Translations under genes and position numbers: made by a program
Virus record (IMG/VR): IMGVR_UViG_3300046167_000825
Location: 186,001 to 250,000 of that record
DNA: 64,000 nucleotides
Strand: one strand, 5' to 3'
In this document: in pieces, positions 63,697-64,000 of the stretch
Layout of the letters: each line of letters opens with the position of its first letter
How positions within the stretch are numbered: position 1 is the first letter of the stretch
The notes under the pieces: generated by a model
Database searches by the model: none
The model's input: the letters and a program-made list of their open reading frames with translations, nothing else
Told to the model about the DNA's origin: nothing

Positions 63697-64000
63697 TTAG
63701 TTCTCTCGGTTTTCTAGTTCCATCTCAAAGAGTTCAACGGCTTCTGTCAAGCCATGCTTTTTCAATAGTTCGATGGCGTACTCATCACACATATCTTCAT
63801 TGAGAGAACGGAAGTGTATATGCCCTAGTTCGTGTGCTAAGATAATAAAGAGGTGGTCAGCCGAGAACCAGTCACTGCTAAATAATCTCCTATCAAGTAA
63901 TATCAGAGGCTGAGGTACATCTTCCCAAGCAGCAAAAGCGTGAGAGGTTTCAAACATCGACATTTCAAAGTGCCACTTGGAATCTTCGGGGAGGACGAAG
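63697..64000 (-). CDS. HExxH zinc metallopeptidase-like protein, 5' end beyond the window
   Basis: ILAHELGHIHF...DMCDEYA; frame stays open to position 64000. Confidence 0.7.
   Translation of the reverse strand, partial: FVLPEDSKWHFEMSMFETSHAFAAWEDVPQPLILLDRRLFSSDWFSADHLFIILAHELGHIHFRSLNEDMCDEYAIELLKKHGLTEAVELFEMELENREN

Noticed and set aside
1-64000. CRISPR array or tRNA genes
   Set aside because: No regularly spaced direct repeats and no cloverleaf with a T-loop (GGTTCGA) recognised in intergenic DNA by eye; tRNAscan-SE would be needed to exclude tRNAs fully
1-64000. Stop-codon reassignment as in some jumbo phages
   Set aside because: Conserved genes (recA, nrdJ, terL, dnaX) are full length in code 11, and TAA, TAG and TGA all end genes

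Overview
This 64 kb window looks like part of a large (probably jumbo) tailed dsDNA bacteriophage genome, read in the standard genetic code. The left third (1-26.3 kb) is an accessory, nucleotide-metabolism and regulatory region on mixed strands: ThyX, two sigma-70-family factors, thioredoxin, an ABC-ATPase/GNAT fusion, a metallophosphoesterase, thermonuclease, PAP2, Sir2, a kinase, a cytosine-deaminase-like enzyme, PhoH and HU. After an AT-rich strand-switch region (~26.4-27.1 kb) comes a + strand replication/recombination block: delta', delta, class II RNR, RecD2, SSB-like protein, RuvC, RecA, split SbcC plus SbcD, a C5-methyltransferase cassette, PD-(D/E)XK nuclease, beta clamp, primase and DnaX. 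A NusG-like gene and a tandem-HTH gene lead into a morphogenesis block with head-associated proteins, a Dps-like protein, terminase subunits and portal. Signals found by reading the DNA that the ORF track misses: (1) a 26-aa peptide with 11 Cys (metallothionein-like) in front of thioredoxin; (2) 15 copies of a bipartite promoter [GC][GA][AG]T[CT]G-N17-CGTATA; (3) about 12 copies of a second motif TA[AG]T-N5-TATA before structural genes; (4) a recurring [KR]-x-A-[SG] peptide motif in putative head proteins; (5) a translationally coupled MTase-DHH-collapsed MTase-frameshifted MTase cassette; (6) a 47-aa acidic lipoprotein and a 53-aa zinc ribbon; (7) apparent absence of AGCT, CCGG, GCGC and CGCG. 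All calls are by-eye motif recognition; no database searches were run.
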